64,000 nucleotides of DNA, taken from positions 52,397-116,396 of the forward strand of contig JBHPFX010000001.1 of the NCBI GenBank assembly GCA_042570925.1, given 5' to 3'. The notes beneath the pieces were generated by a model. That model worked only from the letters and a program-made list of their open reading frames with translations, had not been told where the DNA came from and searched no databases. The position numbers and the translations under genes were made by a program. Origin of the DNA: Patescibacteria group bacterium. Lineage in GTDB: Bacteria > Patescibacteriota > Patescibacteriia > UBA10025. How positions within the stretch are numbered: position 1 is the first letter of the stretch; each line of letters opens with the position of its first letter. Of this stretch, positions 1 through 9,784 are shown one piece after another.

Positions 1-453
1 TTTATCTGCAAACTTTATTACTTGTGCCTCGAGACTATCTGCTTGCTGAATTGAATTAAGAAGGTCTTTGTAGTTATAGGGGCCAATGTTTTCCGGGAAG
101 CGTCTTGAGATTTCTTCAATTGCTTTCTTTTCCTGAAGGTCTAATTGGTCGAGCTGCTTGTTATCCATTTTCTTTTTTTGGCCAGCCTGGACATCTCCCA
201 TAACAATCTCAAAATCATCATGTATGCAGCCCATGATTTCAGCTTTAGCCTGATTAAAAGATTCTCCAAATACTTCTTTAATATGTGGCGCCATCGCTTT
301 CATAATCCAGACAAGGTGCTTTGAATGCGTCCAAAGACTTGACCGGTAAAACATTGTCGGATGAATGTGAAATCGCTTGATTTCCCGTAATGCCTGCTCT
401 CGGCCTTCGAAACGTTCAAAAAGTGAAAATATATTATGCCCTTGATTTATGCT
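1..453 (-). CDS. HD-domain phosphohydrolase (YfbR-like), C-terminus lies outside the window
   Basis: Reverse-strand translation from the ATG at 453 reads MSINQGHNIFSLFERFEG…HSKHLVWIMKAMAPHI…GCIHDDFEIVMGD. The H…HD metal-binding motifs of the HD superfamily are present, and the frame stays open to position 1. Confidence 0.55.
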
Positions 454-584
454 CATAGTATAGCGGATTGTAGTACACAATTGGGTTATCCACAAGTAAA
501 TGTAATCGGTACAACCGACACGATAAAACACAAGCATTACAATATTTAAGCAACTACTTGAATACTAATTATTTATAAAAACTA

Positions 585-869
585 ATGAAAAAATATCCCA
601 AAAAGCCGAATCTTCTCAAAAAAGCACGATTATTGGAAATTGTCGGTGAACCCACACGTATCCGCATTCTCTGTATGATGCTCGAGAATTCAGAGGCATG
701 TGTCACAGATATTGCCGAATCACTTGGAATGAGTATCGCAAGCACTTCCCATCACTTACAGATAATGCGTGATAATGGATTGTTTACGACTGAACGGAGA
801 GGAAACAGTATTTACTACCGTATTGTAAAGAATGATTTTACACGGATTATTAAGAAGCTTATTTGCTAG
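585..869 (+). CDS. ArsR/SmtB-family HTH transcriptional regulator
   Basis: 94 aa. The metalloregulator-like winged-helix core is present (LLEIVGEPTRIRILCMML…ACVTDIAESLGMSIASTSHHLQIMRDNGL). It sits directly upstream of thiol-redox genes. Confidence 0.75.
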   Translation: MKKYPKKPNLLKKARLLEIVGEPTRIRILCMMLENSEACVTDIAESLGMSIASTSHHLQIMRDNGLFTTERRGNSIYYRIVKNDFTRIIKKLIC

Positions 870-918
870 TTACATAGAAAGGTCGTTTACTAAGCTATTA
901 TTAACCTTAACTTAAAGT

Positions 919-1149
919 ATGAAAAAACCAAATGTAATAGATTGGATCTCGTTTATTCTCGTCATCGTTGGTGGTCTCAATTGGGGATTAGTTGGAGCAT
1001 TTGATATCGATCTTGTTGCAGAAATCTTTGGAACCGACTCAACCATTTCAACGATTGTCTACATTCTTGTTGGCGTTTCGGCAGTATATACCTTTGTCAG
1101 TATGTTTATGAAGATGAAAAGCCCACAGAAGCAGGAACAAACACAGTAA
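919..1149 (+). CDS. DUF378-family small membrane protein
   Basis: 76 aa with two TM segments and the characteristic GGLNWGLVG motif. Confidence 0.6.
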   Translation: MKKPNVIDWISFILVIVGGLNWGLVGAFDIDLVAEIFGTDSTISTIVYILVGVSAVYTFVSMFMKMKSPQKQEQTQ

Positions 1150-1235
1150 TAGACGACATTAATTTAACAATCACCGGGCAGTGCGACAAGCTACTGCCTG
1201 TTGATTATTCTCAGTATTTAAGAGACAATGTACAC

Positions 1236-1808
1236 ATGAATTCAAAAATAATTTCACTCAAGGCCCTTATTGCGCTCATCATCGCAATAGGAATAATTGC
1301 ACTTCTGTGGTTTGTATTGAATCCAGAAAATACACAAAGTACCTCGGTGAATGGAGAAAATGCCGGCACCTCTGTCGGAGACAATGCTCCATTTTTTTCC
1401 GTAGAAACGACTACGGGAGACGTAACATCGCTTGCTGATTTTGCCAATGATAAAGTTTTAGTTATCACTTCAACCGCATCTTGGTGTCCGACCTGCAGAT
1501 TAGAAGCGAATAATTTATCTCCTGTCTATGAGCAATTCAGTGGCCAAGTTGATTTTTTATCAATGAGTATCGATCCCAGCGATAATCAAGAAAAATTAAC
1601 AACATTCCGAAGTGAGACCAATACGCCATGGATATATTCTGAACCAAATTTAGATGGCGCAAGCACGATGATTATCGACTATCAACTTACCAGGTTTGAG
1701 GTTACGTATATTATTGATAAAAACAGCGTCATTCGCTTCAAGGATACGGGAGTAACGGCAACTGACACACTTACTGAGGAGCTCGAGAAGGTGTTGGCTG
1801 AAACATAA
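1236..1808 (+). CDS. membrane-anchored TlpA/ResA-like thiol-disulfide oxidoreductase (thioredoxin fold)
   Basis: N-terminal TM anchor and a WCPTC active site in a redoxin-like domain. It directly precedes ccdA. Confidence 0.8.
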   Translation: MNSKIISLKALIALIIAIGIIALLWFVLNPENTQSTSVNGENAGTSVGDNAPFFSVETTTGDVTSLADFANDKVLVITSTASWCPTCRLEANNLSPVYEQFSGQVDFLSMSIDPSDNQEKLTTFRSETNTPWIYSEPNLDGASTMIIDYQLTRFEVTYIIDKNSVIRFKDTGVTATDTLTEELEKVLAET

Positions 1809-1810
1809 GT

Positions 1811-2503
1811 ATGAATACGGCCGTCTTATCTCTGTCATTTCTCGCCGGAGTTGCCATCTTTTTTTCACCCTGCGGCATTGCATTGCTTCCAGCATACATT
1901 TCACATCTCCTGGCACAGGGGGATGAGCAGAGATCGATGAACGCTCGTTGGCGTCAGGGATTACAAATTGGACTCGTCGTCAGCCTTGGTATTATGACCG
2001 TATTCCTTGTCACGGGCGCTCTGGTAAGTCTCTTAGGAAATGTTATCGCTCCGTATGCTCCATGGATTGCGGGAGTGACAGGATTCATTTTAGTTATTCT
2101 TGGTGTTTTCATGCTTGCCGGGAAAATGCCAACATTTGAAATTCCTCATTCTTTCACAACAGAGCGAAAAGGGTTTCTTCGTTTTTTTCTCTATGGTGTC
2201 GGATACGCTCTTGGCGGCATTAGCTGTACGCTTCCTGCTTTTCTTCTTGTTGTTTTTACATCACTTGGGAGTAAAAGTTTTATGGGTGGATTGGTAAATT
2301 TTCTCTTTTTTACGTTTGGCACAGTTTTACTCATGGTTGCTGTTACGGTACTTACCGCAGTTTCAAAGCAGCTCGTTATCCGTTGGCTCAATAAATCAAA
2401 AAAACTCATTTTTCGTTTTAGTGCTGTGGTAATTATCGGAGCCGGGATATACCTCGTCTACTTTCAGATTCGTGCGTTTGATCCATTTGGTTTTTGGTCA
2501 TGA
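1811..2503 (+). CDS. ccdA: cytochrome c-type biogenesis protein CcdA / DsbD-beta transmembrane thiol-disulfide transporter
   Basis: 230 aa polytopic membrane protein. The conserved Cys pair lies in TM helices (SPCGIALLPAYIS … ISCTLPAF). The start is 3 nt after the tlpA stop. Confidence 0.8.
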   Translation: MNTAVLSLSFLAGVAIFFSPCGIALLPAYISHLLAQGDEQRSMNARWRQGLQIGLVVSLGIMTVFLVTGALVSLLGNVIAPYAPWIAGVTGFILVILGVFMLAGKMPTFEIPHSFTTERKGFLRFFLYGVGYALGGISCTLPAFLLVVFTSLGSKSFMGGLVNFLFFTFGTVLLMVAVTVLTAVSKQLVIRWLNKSKKLIFRFSAVVIIGAGIYLVYFQIRAFDPFGFWS

Positions 2504-3345
2504 ATAAATTTATCTATCCATTGTTATTAGTAATTGTCGTTGGTGCTTTAGCGTTTGTTTTTATTTTTAACAAAGACGTGGAGCCGTCTTCTATAAATGC
2601 GCCTGTTTCTGCAGTTCATATTGATGCATGGAATGTAACTCCAAAAGGCGGAGTAAATCTCGGCGGGTACGGCAGTTTTGATCCGGACGGAGGTGACATC
2701 GTATCGTATGAATGGAAGATTATCAACACTCCACCAGCCCAAACATCTCGTAAAGGGGAAATTGTGTATTCCGGAAGCACATTTCCGGAAGTGAATATCC
2801 CCATGACCAACCAAGATGTAGGAACATGGACTTTTGAATTCACTCTAATAGACGGTGACGGGGAGAAAAACCAACAGAAGGTACAAGTGTTTGTAAGGGA
2901 AGAAATTTCTGCTTTAACGTCGGTTTCATTATCACAAGCTTCAGATGCCGTCGATATTGTCGATTCCGAGATTATCGCCGGCCTTATTGTAAATAACGAA
3001 GCTGCTGCATTTCCACGAAGTGTAATGGATGAACATGCAATCGCTAATATCGTAGTAGGTGGAGAGCCCGTGGTTCTGGTGTTATGTGAATTTTGCCAGA
3101 CGGGAGTTGCGTATTATCGTGTTGTCGAACAGCAGCAACTTACTTTTAATGGTTTTGGCGGGACGCTTATTGAAGATAATTATCAGGCACAAGATGCAGA
3201 AACCTTATCCACGTGGTCAATCGTATCCGGTGAAGCCGTCGAGGGGCAGCTTACTGGCACGAAATTATCATCTTTTTCCGTCAATATGATGACGTGGGAA
3301 GAGTGGCGAACTCTTCACCCCGAATCACTTATATTACTGAAATAA
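2494..3345 (+). CDS. secreted/membrane-anchored hypothetical protein (possible PKD-like N-domain and DUF3179-like C-domain)
   Basis: 283 aa with an N-terminal TM or signal segment. It overlaps the ccdA stop by 10 nt, so it is probably in the same operon. The family assignment is tentative. Confidence 0.5.
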   Translation: MVMNKFIYPLLLVIVVGALAFVFIFNKDVEPSSINAPVSAVHIDAWNVTPKGGVNLGGYGSFDPDGGDIVSYEWKIINTPPAQTSRKGEIVYSGSTFPEVNIPMTNQDVGTWTFEFTLIDGDGEKNQQKVQVFVREEISALTSVSLSQASDAVDIVDSEIIAGLIVNNEAAAFPRSVMDEHAIANIVVGGEPVVLVLCEFCQTGVAYYRVVEQQQLTFNGFGGTLIEDNYQAQDAETLSTWSIVSGEAVEGQLTGTKLSSFSVNMMTWEEWRTLHPESLILLK

Positions 3346-3403
3346 ATTTGCAGGGCGGCTCATTGTCATCAATGACATTTTGCCGTATACTGATCATTCA
3401 ACT

Positions 3404-4384
3404 ATGAATAGTATTATCGAAGTAAAAAATCTATCAAAGAGCTTTGGTGACATCAAAGCAGTCAATGATGTTTCATTTTCCGTACATCAGGGGGAGGTCT
3501 TTGGATTTCTTGGTCCAAATGGCGCAGGCAAGACAACGACCATTAACATGCTCATTACACTGTTAAAACCGACAGGCGGGAATGCGCAGGTCAATGGCTT
3601 TGATTCGCAAAAAGATCAAGATAAAGTTCGTGCGTCTATCGGGGTAATTTTTCAAGACCCATCACTTGATGATAAATTAACTGCAAGAGAAAATTTAAAA
3701 TTTCATTCACTTCTCTATAATCTTTCTGGAGAAAAAATGAACCAGCGCATCGCAGAAATGCTTGAAATGGTTGATCTGCAAAAACGAAAAGGTGATTTGG
3801 TAGAGACGTTTTCTGGTGGGATGAAAAGACGACTGGAGATTGCACGGGGCCTTCTACACCATCCAAAGGTTTTGTTTTTAGACGAACCAACCATTGGATT
3901 GGATCCTCAAACACGTGCTCATATTTGGGATTACATTCTAAATCTCCGCAAAAGAGAGGATATAACGATGTTTATGACTACCCATTACATGGATGAGGCG
4001 GAACACTGTGATCGCATCGCCATAATGGATCGCGGAAAAATCATTGCTCTTGATACACCGGCAAATCTTAAAAAGGCCGTCGGTGGAGATGTTATTACGC
4101 TCAAGACGGACAACAATACTGCCGCGGAAAAAGATATTGAAGAAAAATTTAATCTGGATGTCCAGATAAAAGACGGCGAATTAGTTTTTACAAAAGAAAA
4201 AGGAGATGAGTTCATCCCGGAATTGTTCAAACGAATATCGGTGGGAGTGCAGAGTATTAGCGTTCATAAACCCACGCTCAACGACGTATTTCTCAAGCTT
4301 ACTGGCCGTGAGATTCGCGACGAAGGTGCTTCGAATCTCGATAAGGCAAGAAAGCAATTTAGAATGAGGGGAGGGGGGCACTAA
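3404..4384 (+). CDS. ABC transporter ATP-binding protein (ABC-2 type)
   Basis: Walker A (GPNGAGKTT), ABC signature (LSGGMKRRLEIA), Walker B (LFLDEPT) and H-loop are all present. An alternative upstream start exists at 3380. Confidence 0.85.
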   Translation: MNSIIEVKNLSKSFGDIKAVNDVSFSVHQGEVFGFLGPNGAGKTTTINMLITLLKPTGGNAQVNGFDSQKDQDKVRASIGVIFQDPSLDDKLTARENLKFHSLLYNLSGEKMNQRIAEMLEMVDLQKRKGDLVETFSGGMKRRLEIARGLLHHPKVLFLDEPTIGLDPQTRAHIWDYILNLRKREDITMFMTTHYMDEAEHCDRIAIMDRGKIIALDTPANLKKAVGGDVITLKTDNNTAAEKDIEEKFNLDVQIKDGELVFTKEKGDEFIPELFKRISVGVQSISVHKPTLNDVFLKLTGREIRDEGASNLDKARKQFRMRGGGH

Positions 4385-4385
4385 T

Positions 4386-5198
4386 ATGTTCACCAAGCTG
4401 GCTAAAGAAACATACGTTATTTGGCTGAGGGAGATTATCCGTTACTGGCGGGTAAAAACCCGGCTTGTTGGTTCGCTCGCAATGCCCTTACTCTGGCTGG
4501 TTCTATTCGGTTCGGGAATGAAATCCACGCTTTCGCTCGGAGGCGGTGCGGACTTTGATTTCATTCAATTTCTTTTTCCCGGAGTTATTGGCATGACTAT
4601 TTTGTTTAACTCGATCTTTTCAGTCATGTCGATCGTTCTTGACCGCCAGTTCGGATTTTTAAAAGAAGTATTAGCGGCGCCGGTTTCTCGTGTCTCCATT
4701 GCGTTTGGCAAGATTTTAGGCGGATCAACTATTTCAATGATTCAGGGGACTGTGATGCTGCTTCTGGCTCCGTTGCTCGGTATTAAGCTGTCTATTGGCA
4801 TGATTCTTGCGCTATTGCCGATGATGTTTTTTGCCGCATTTGCGCTTACATCAATCGGCTTGGTAGTAGCTGCACGCATGAAATCAACGGAAGGATTCCA
4901 AATGGTGATGAACTTCATTATGATGCCGATGTTTTTCCTGTCCGGAGCAGTGTTTCCTCTGACGAATCTGCCGGGGTGGATGGACGTGCTGGCAAAGATT
5001 AATCCTGCTTCATACGCGATAGATCTTATTCGACAGGTTGCATTTCGGTTCATGGATACGCCGGCATTTGTTTTAGACAATCTAAGCTTGGAGTTATTTG
5101 GACAAAAAGTCAGCATTCTTACGGATGTTGGAATCGTAGTCGTTTTTGGGATTATTATGATGTCTATTGGCGTCGTACTTTTTCGTAAAAGCGATTAA
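4386..5198 (+). CDS. ABC-2 family transporter permease
   Basis: 270 aa with six predicted TM helices. It is immediately downstream of the ATPase. Confidence 0.8.
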   Translation: MFTKLAKETYVIWLREIIRYWRVKTRLVGSLAMPLLWLVLFGSGMKSTLSLGGGADFDFIQFLFPGVIGMTILFNSIFSVMSIVLDRQFGFLKEVLAAPVSRVSIAFGKILGGSTISMIQGTVMLLLAPLLGIKLSIGMILALLPMMFFAAFALTSIGLVVAARMKSTEGFQMVMNFIMMPMFFLSGAVFPLTNLPGWMDVLAKINPASYAIDLIRQVAFRFMDTPAFVLDNLSLELFGQKVSILTDVGIVVVFGIIMMSIGVVLFRKSD

Positions 5199-5292
5199 GT
5201 ACTTAGTTAAACTGGAGTGTAATCTTGATCACTTTGCTCTTTCTGTTACTTTGGTATGATTGATATGCATAATAATTAAAGCATGTAAACAT

Positions 5293-5901
5293 ATGTCAGA
5301 ATATACAACACCACCGTTGTCCTACTCCTACGACGCATTGGAGCCGTATATCGATAAGGAGACAATGCAGATTCACCATGATAAGCATCATGCCGCATAT
5401 ACAAAGAAATTGAATGCAGCATTGGTTGGTCATGAGAAGCTGTTTGATAAAACTGCCGAAGAGCTGTTAATGGACTTGAGTGCCATTCCTGAAGAAATAC
5501 GAACAGCCGTTCAAAACAACGGGGGTGGGCACGTAAATCATTCGCTGTTTTGGGATATCATGGGTCCTGACGCTGGCGGAAAACCCGAGGGCGAATTGCT
5601 CGGTGCAATCGAGAAAGCTTTCGGAGACTTTGAAAAGTTTACTAAACTGTTTGAAGAAGCCGCTACAACGCAATTTGGATCCGGATGGGCATGGCTGTCT
5701 GTTGATAATGGAAAGTTGGTTATCGAAAAAACATCGAATCAGGACACACCGTTATCTGAAGGTCGTACACCAATTCTTGCATTAGATGTTTGGGAGCATG
5801 CATATTATCTTAAGTATCAGAATCTTCGCCCAGATTACATTAAGGCATTCTGGAATGTTGTGAACTGGAAGAATGTGGCGAAACGTTTCAACGAAAAATA
5901 G
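5293..5901 (+). CDS. sodA: Fe/Mn superoxide dismutase
   Basis: [13 protein letters not shown]-type N-terminus, HHDKHHAAY metal ligands and DVWEHAYY C-terminal ligands. The internal start at 5293 matches canonical SOD length. Confidence 0.9.
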   Translation: MSEYTTPPLSYSYDALEPYIDKETMQIHHDKHHAAYTKKLNAALVGHEKLFDKTAEELLMDLSAIPEEIRTAVQNNGGGHVNHSLFWDIMGPDAGGKPEGELLGAIEKAFGDFEKFTKLFEEAATTQFGSGWAWLSVDNGKLVIEKTSNQDTPLSEGRTPILALDVWEHAYYLKYQNLRPDYIKAFWNVVNWKNVAKRFNEK

Positions 5902-5914
5902 CTCTATGATGAAA

Positions 5915-5946
5915 AAGCGCCCGCCAATATGGCGGGCGCTTTTCTG
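5915..5946. terminator. bidirectional rho-independent terminator (GC hairpin gcgcccgcc/ggcgggcgc + T-run)
   Basis: A perfect 9-bp GC stem is followed by TTTTCT. It lies between convergent sodA and the protease gene. Confidence 0.7.
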
Positions 5947-5958
5947 TTACAAATATTT

Positions 5959-6753
5959 TTACGGAAGTACAGGCGTAAAGAAATCTGCCGGATCTAGATT
6001 TTCATTTTCAAGCCATGTAATTACCCAATCAACTCCAACTGCATAATTATTTTCTCCGTATTTCCCCCCTTCATCCCAAACTGGTGTTCCGATAAACTCA
6101 CCGGCGCTGTTAAATATCGCTCCTCCCGAGGTTCCTTCATCAATAACAACGGGGAGTTCTAAGAGGCTTCCCGAAGGTCCAGTAAAAGTAGAGTCAGTCA
6201 CAGCCAGCGGAGTATTCTCATACGTGGGAAATCCGGCAATAGAAAGTGCGTCATTTGCCATTAAGGTGCCTGAGGTACCTACCTTGCTGATTGTGGGGAA
6301 TGTTGTAGGAAGTAATGTATCAGCGTCAACGATTTGCAGAATCGCTACATCAAGGCTTGAATTGGATAGGTATACCTCTTCGCCGAATTGATCTATCGCA
6401 GTGACAACCTCAGCATAGTAGGTGAGTTCAGGGAATTCTGAAACATTATCAATTATACCCACGTTACAATAGAATTCATTCGTTTCATTGACTATATGGT
6501 CATTTGTAAGAAAATACCCATCAGTGTGTATGAGCGCCCCAGAGCCAAAATATACCCATTCATCATCGTCATCCAGCGGACATTCTACATATACAATCGC
6601 ATTTGCGTCGTTGCCGATCGATGATGTAGTTGTGCTAGTGGAGGATGTATTCGTTGAAACATCGGTATCTTCGGAAGTGTTATAAAATGCGAAATACCAG
6701 ACCGCTACCGCGGCGATGATTACGATAAATATAATTATTCCCGGCTTGTTCAT
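5959..6753 (-). CDS. membrane-anchored trypsin-like (S1 family) serine protease
   Basis: N-terminal TM segment and a Ser/Thr-rich linker. The His (LTNDHIV), Asp (DVAILQI) and Ser (GTSGGAIF) of a chymotrypsin-fold catalytic triad are present. Confidence 0.7.
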   Translation of the reverse strand: MNKPGIIIFIVIIAAVAVWYFAFYNTSEDTDVSTNTSSTSTTTSSIGNDANAIVYVECPLDDDDEWVYFGSGALIHTDGYFLTNDHIVNETNEFYCNVGIIDNVSEFPELTYYAEVVTAIDQFGEEVYLSNSSLDVAILQIVDADTLLPTTFPTISKVGTSGTLMANDALSIAGFPTYENTPLAVTDSTFTGPSGSLLELPVVIDEGTSGGAIFNSAGEFIGTPVWDEGGKYGENNYAVGVDWVITWLENENLDPADFFTPVLP

Positions 6754-6902
6754 AGTATTAAGGGTTAAATATTTAGTAATTTGCGTCTAAATATAGTATA
6801 TCAACGAACAGCAACGGATTCAAATGATGCCCCAAAATCACCATTTACGATACGCACGATTACTGGCATACTGTTAGTATAATCATTCAAATATGTAATC
6901 AT

Positions 6903-9311
6903 ATGGATGCAGCAAGAAATGCCCAATTAGATAAGTTTATTAAGGAAAGAAAAAAACTTGGCTATAGTAATAAGAGGATCGTTGAAGAGTTGAGTTCGGC
7001 AGGATGGAAAAGGGACGAAATCAAGGAACATATTTCTGATATCGAATATCGTCCATCAGGGCCTTCTTCGAAGATTGCGCCAAATTATTCTGTTGTTACT
7101 ACCTACATTCTTGTTATTCTGATGCTTATTGCAGGTGTTGGGGGAGTATGGTGGGTGGTTCAAGATGTAGCCGGTTTTCCATGGGGAAACAGCAATACAA
7201 ACAGCTCGGGATATACATCTCCGCTTTTTTCGACGCTTTCAGAACAACTGGCAGCACAGTCTTCACTTAAGAAATTTAACAACTACGAAGAAATTAACGA
7301 CTACTTGGAACGGACCGTAGGCCTTGATTATTACGATTCGTATTCGGGATTTGAAATGCAGCGATCAATATCAGTAGATGAAATGGCTCTTCCAATGGCC
7401 GAATTTGATTTGGGGGTCTCGGATCTTAGTTATGGGGGAGTGACTGATTATTCAACAACCAATATTCAGGTCGAAGGAGTAGATGAAGCAGATATCATTA
7501 AAACAGATGGGGAGAATGTGTATGTAGTTTCCAAAGAGAATGTATTTATCATTGATGCATATCCAGCTGGTAATGCAAAAATATTATCAACTATAGCGCT
7601 TCAATCAACCCCGCAGGATATTTACATCAACGGCGATTTTCTGGTGATATATGGGCATGATGATGATATTTACTCACGGCCAGTATTCGACGACTTACCC
7701 CATACAAGTACCAATTACACGTATCTTAAGGTATTTAACATCAAAGATCGCAGCAACCCTAAACAAGTACGAGATCTAGATTTCGAGGGTACATTTGCCA
7801 ACTCACGGATGATTGGGGACTATGTGTATTTTGTCACTTCACAGTATGCATATGTCTATGATGACGCCCCTCTTCCTTTGACGATTGAGGATGACGAATT
7901 GTTACCGACTGATCCCGGTGTTTCTGGCTGTCTATGTCCCGACGTATACTATATTGATGTCCCGTATTATGATTACTCGTTCACCACGGTCACAGCGATC
8001 AATATCCGTGACAACGACGAGGATATCTCCAGCGAAGTCTATCTTCTGGATAACAGTGAAAACATGTATGTCTCGCAGGAAAATATTTACCTCGTATACA
8101 CGAAATACGTAAGTGATATTCAGTTGTCGTTTGAAGTGATGAAAGAAATGGTATTTAGTGATTTAAGCGCTAAGAACCAGCAGCGTATCATTGACATCGA
8201 GGCTGCACCTTCTCATGTTCTTTCGGAAGGAGAAAAGATTTCAAAAGTATACTCGATCGTTTCGCGCTATATAGAGTCGCTTTCTTCTGATGAGCAGGAT
8301 GAGTTTCAAGAATCGCTCGAAGATAGAATGATGAAGAAGTACGACGATATTTCGAAAGAGCTGGAAAAAACTGTTATCCATAAAATTTCCATTGACAAAG
8401 GTGATCTGGAGTATGAGGGAAGCGGAGAAGTTACCGGTCATGTTCTTAATCAATTCTCTATGGATGAGCGAGACGGATATTTCAGAATTGCCACTACAAA
8501 AGGCCGGACGTGGTCCAGTTTTTCTTTCGGTGGCTCATCTACGGAATCATACAGCAACGTGTATGTACTCGATGGTGATTTAGATGTTGTCGGGAAAGTT
8601 GAAAATCTTGCCAAAGATGAAGAAATCTATTCAGCACGGTTTATGCAGGGACGGGTGTACCTGGTTACCTTTAGACAGACTGATCCGCTTTTTGCGATTG
8701 ATCTGACGAATCCAAAAAATCCTAAAGTACTTGGAGAGCTGAAAGTACCCGGTTTTTCATCGTACCTCCATCCGTATGATGACAACTATCTTATCGGAAT
8801 GGGGAAGCAGGCCGATGATAATGGAATTATTACCAGTTTGAAGGTGTCGCTTTTTGATGTTTCTGATGTAGAGAATATGAAAGAAGTTGATACGTATGAA
8901 ATGGGCGGTCGATGGAGCGATTCTCTTGCACTGGATGATCATAAGGCATTTCTTTTCTCAAAGAATAAAAACCTGTTAGTAATCCCGGTGACTCTTCGAA
9001 AAGAGACAGCAACGAACAGTTATGGTGACGTGGAGACAAACGGCGCGATGGTATTTACCATTACGAAGGACGGATTTGAACTAAAAGGCCGTATAGATCA
9101 CTCTGATGGTAGCTCTGATGACAACCTTCTTGATTATGATTCTTATTACAGTTATTACGAGACTTCCGTGAAAAGAAGTATGTACATAGAGGACGTATTG
9201 TACACACTCTCAAATAAGTATCTTATGATGAATGCGCTGGGTGATCTCGAGGAAATAAAAACGATTACGCTGACGCCGGGTGAGGGGGACGACTTTACGA
9301 TTATTCGCTAA
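6903..9311 (+). CDS. membrane-anchored beta-propeller domain protein (PF09826-like)
   Basis: 802 aa with a cytoplasmic N-terminus, one TM segment and a large extracytoplasmic beta-propeller region (…RFMQGRVYLVTFRQTDPLFAIDLTNPKNPKVLGELKVPGFSSYLHPYDDNYLIGMG…). Confidence 0.6.
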   Translation: MDAARNAQLDKFIKERKKLGYSNKRIVEELSSAGWKRDEIKEHISDIEYRPSGPSSKIAPNYSVVTTYILVILMLIAGVGGVWWVVQDVAGFPWGNSNTNSSGYTSPLFSTLSEQLAAQSSLKKFNNYEEINDYLERTVGLDYYDSYSGFEMQRSISVDEMALPMAEFDLGVSDLSYGGVTDYSTTNIQVEGVDEADIIKTDGENVYVVSKENVFIIDAYPAGNAKILSTIALQSTPQDIYINGDFLVIYGHDDDIYSRPVFDDLPHTSTNYTYLKVFNIKDRSNPKQVRDLDFEGTFANSRMIGDYVYFVTSQYAYVYDDAPLPLTIEDDELLPTDPGVSGCLCPDVYYIDVPYYDYSFTTVTAINIRDNDEDISSEVYLLDNSENMYVSQENIYLVYTKYVSDIQLSFEVMKEMVFSDLSAKNQQRIIDIEAAPSHVLSEGEKISKVYSIVSRYIESLSSDEQDEFQESLEDRMMKKYDDISKELEKTVIHKISIDKGDLEYEGSGEVTGHVLNQFSMDERDGYFRIATTKGRTWSSFSFGGSSTESYSNVYVLDGDLDVVGKVENLAKDEEIYSARFMQGRVYLVTFRQTDPLFAIDLTNPKNPKVLGELKVPGFSSYLHPYDDNYLIGMGKQADDNGIITSLKVSLFDVSDVENMKEVDTYEMGGRWSDSLALDDHKAFLFSKNKNLLVIPVTLRKETATNSYGDVETNGAMVFTITKDGFELKGRIDHSDGSSDDNLLDYDSYYSYYETSVKRSMYIEDVLYTLSNKYLMMNALGDLEEIKTITLTPGEGDDFTIIR

Positions 9312-9318
9312 TAGCTGA

Positions 9319-9780
9319 ATGGGGAATCAAGCTAAGAAGCTATATCGATCACGTACTAACAGAGTAATTTCAGGAGTTTGTGGCGGATTAGCGGAATATT
9401 ACGACATCGATGTTACGATTATTCGGGTAGTGTTCGTTATATTTTCTTTTGTCCAGGGTTTTGGCATTCTTGCATATATCATTCTTCTTCTTGTTGTCCC
9501 TGAAACAGAAGGATCGAAAATCCCGTACGATACTGAAGAGCGATTTAAGGGATTCGTGAAAGATATTGGAAAGAAAATGGAGTCAATCACTAAGGAACTG
9601 CCAGGCGAGAAACCCTGGATACGTGAACCGAGAAATATTTTTGCTTTGGCAATTATTTTTATAGGACTGGTTGCGCTGGCAAGTTCCTTCTTTCACATCT
9701 ACTGGCTGCAGTGGCATCTCTTCTGGCCGGTAGCATTAATCATTTTAGGGATTATTTTTATCATTAAAATGCGTCAATAA
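9319..9780 (+). CDS. PspC-domain membrane protein
   Basis: N-terminal PspC motif (RSRTNRVISGVCGGLAEYYDIDVTIIRVVFVI) followed by additional TM helices. Confidence 0.8.
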   Translation: MGNQAKKLYRSRTNRVISGVCGGLAEYYDIDVTIIRVVFVIFSFVQGFGILAYIILLLVVPETEGSKIPYDTEERFKGFVKDIGKKMESITKELPGEKPWIREPRNIFALAIIFIGLVALASSFFHIYWLQWHLFWPVALIILGIIFIIKMRQ

Positions 9781-9784
9781 TAAT

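Noticed and set aside
4742-5116. 124-aa minus-strand ORF inside the ABC permease gene
   Set aside because: It is antisense to a well-supported six-TM permease ORF, with no independent signals.
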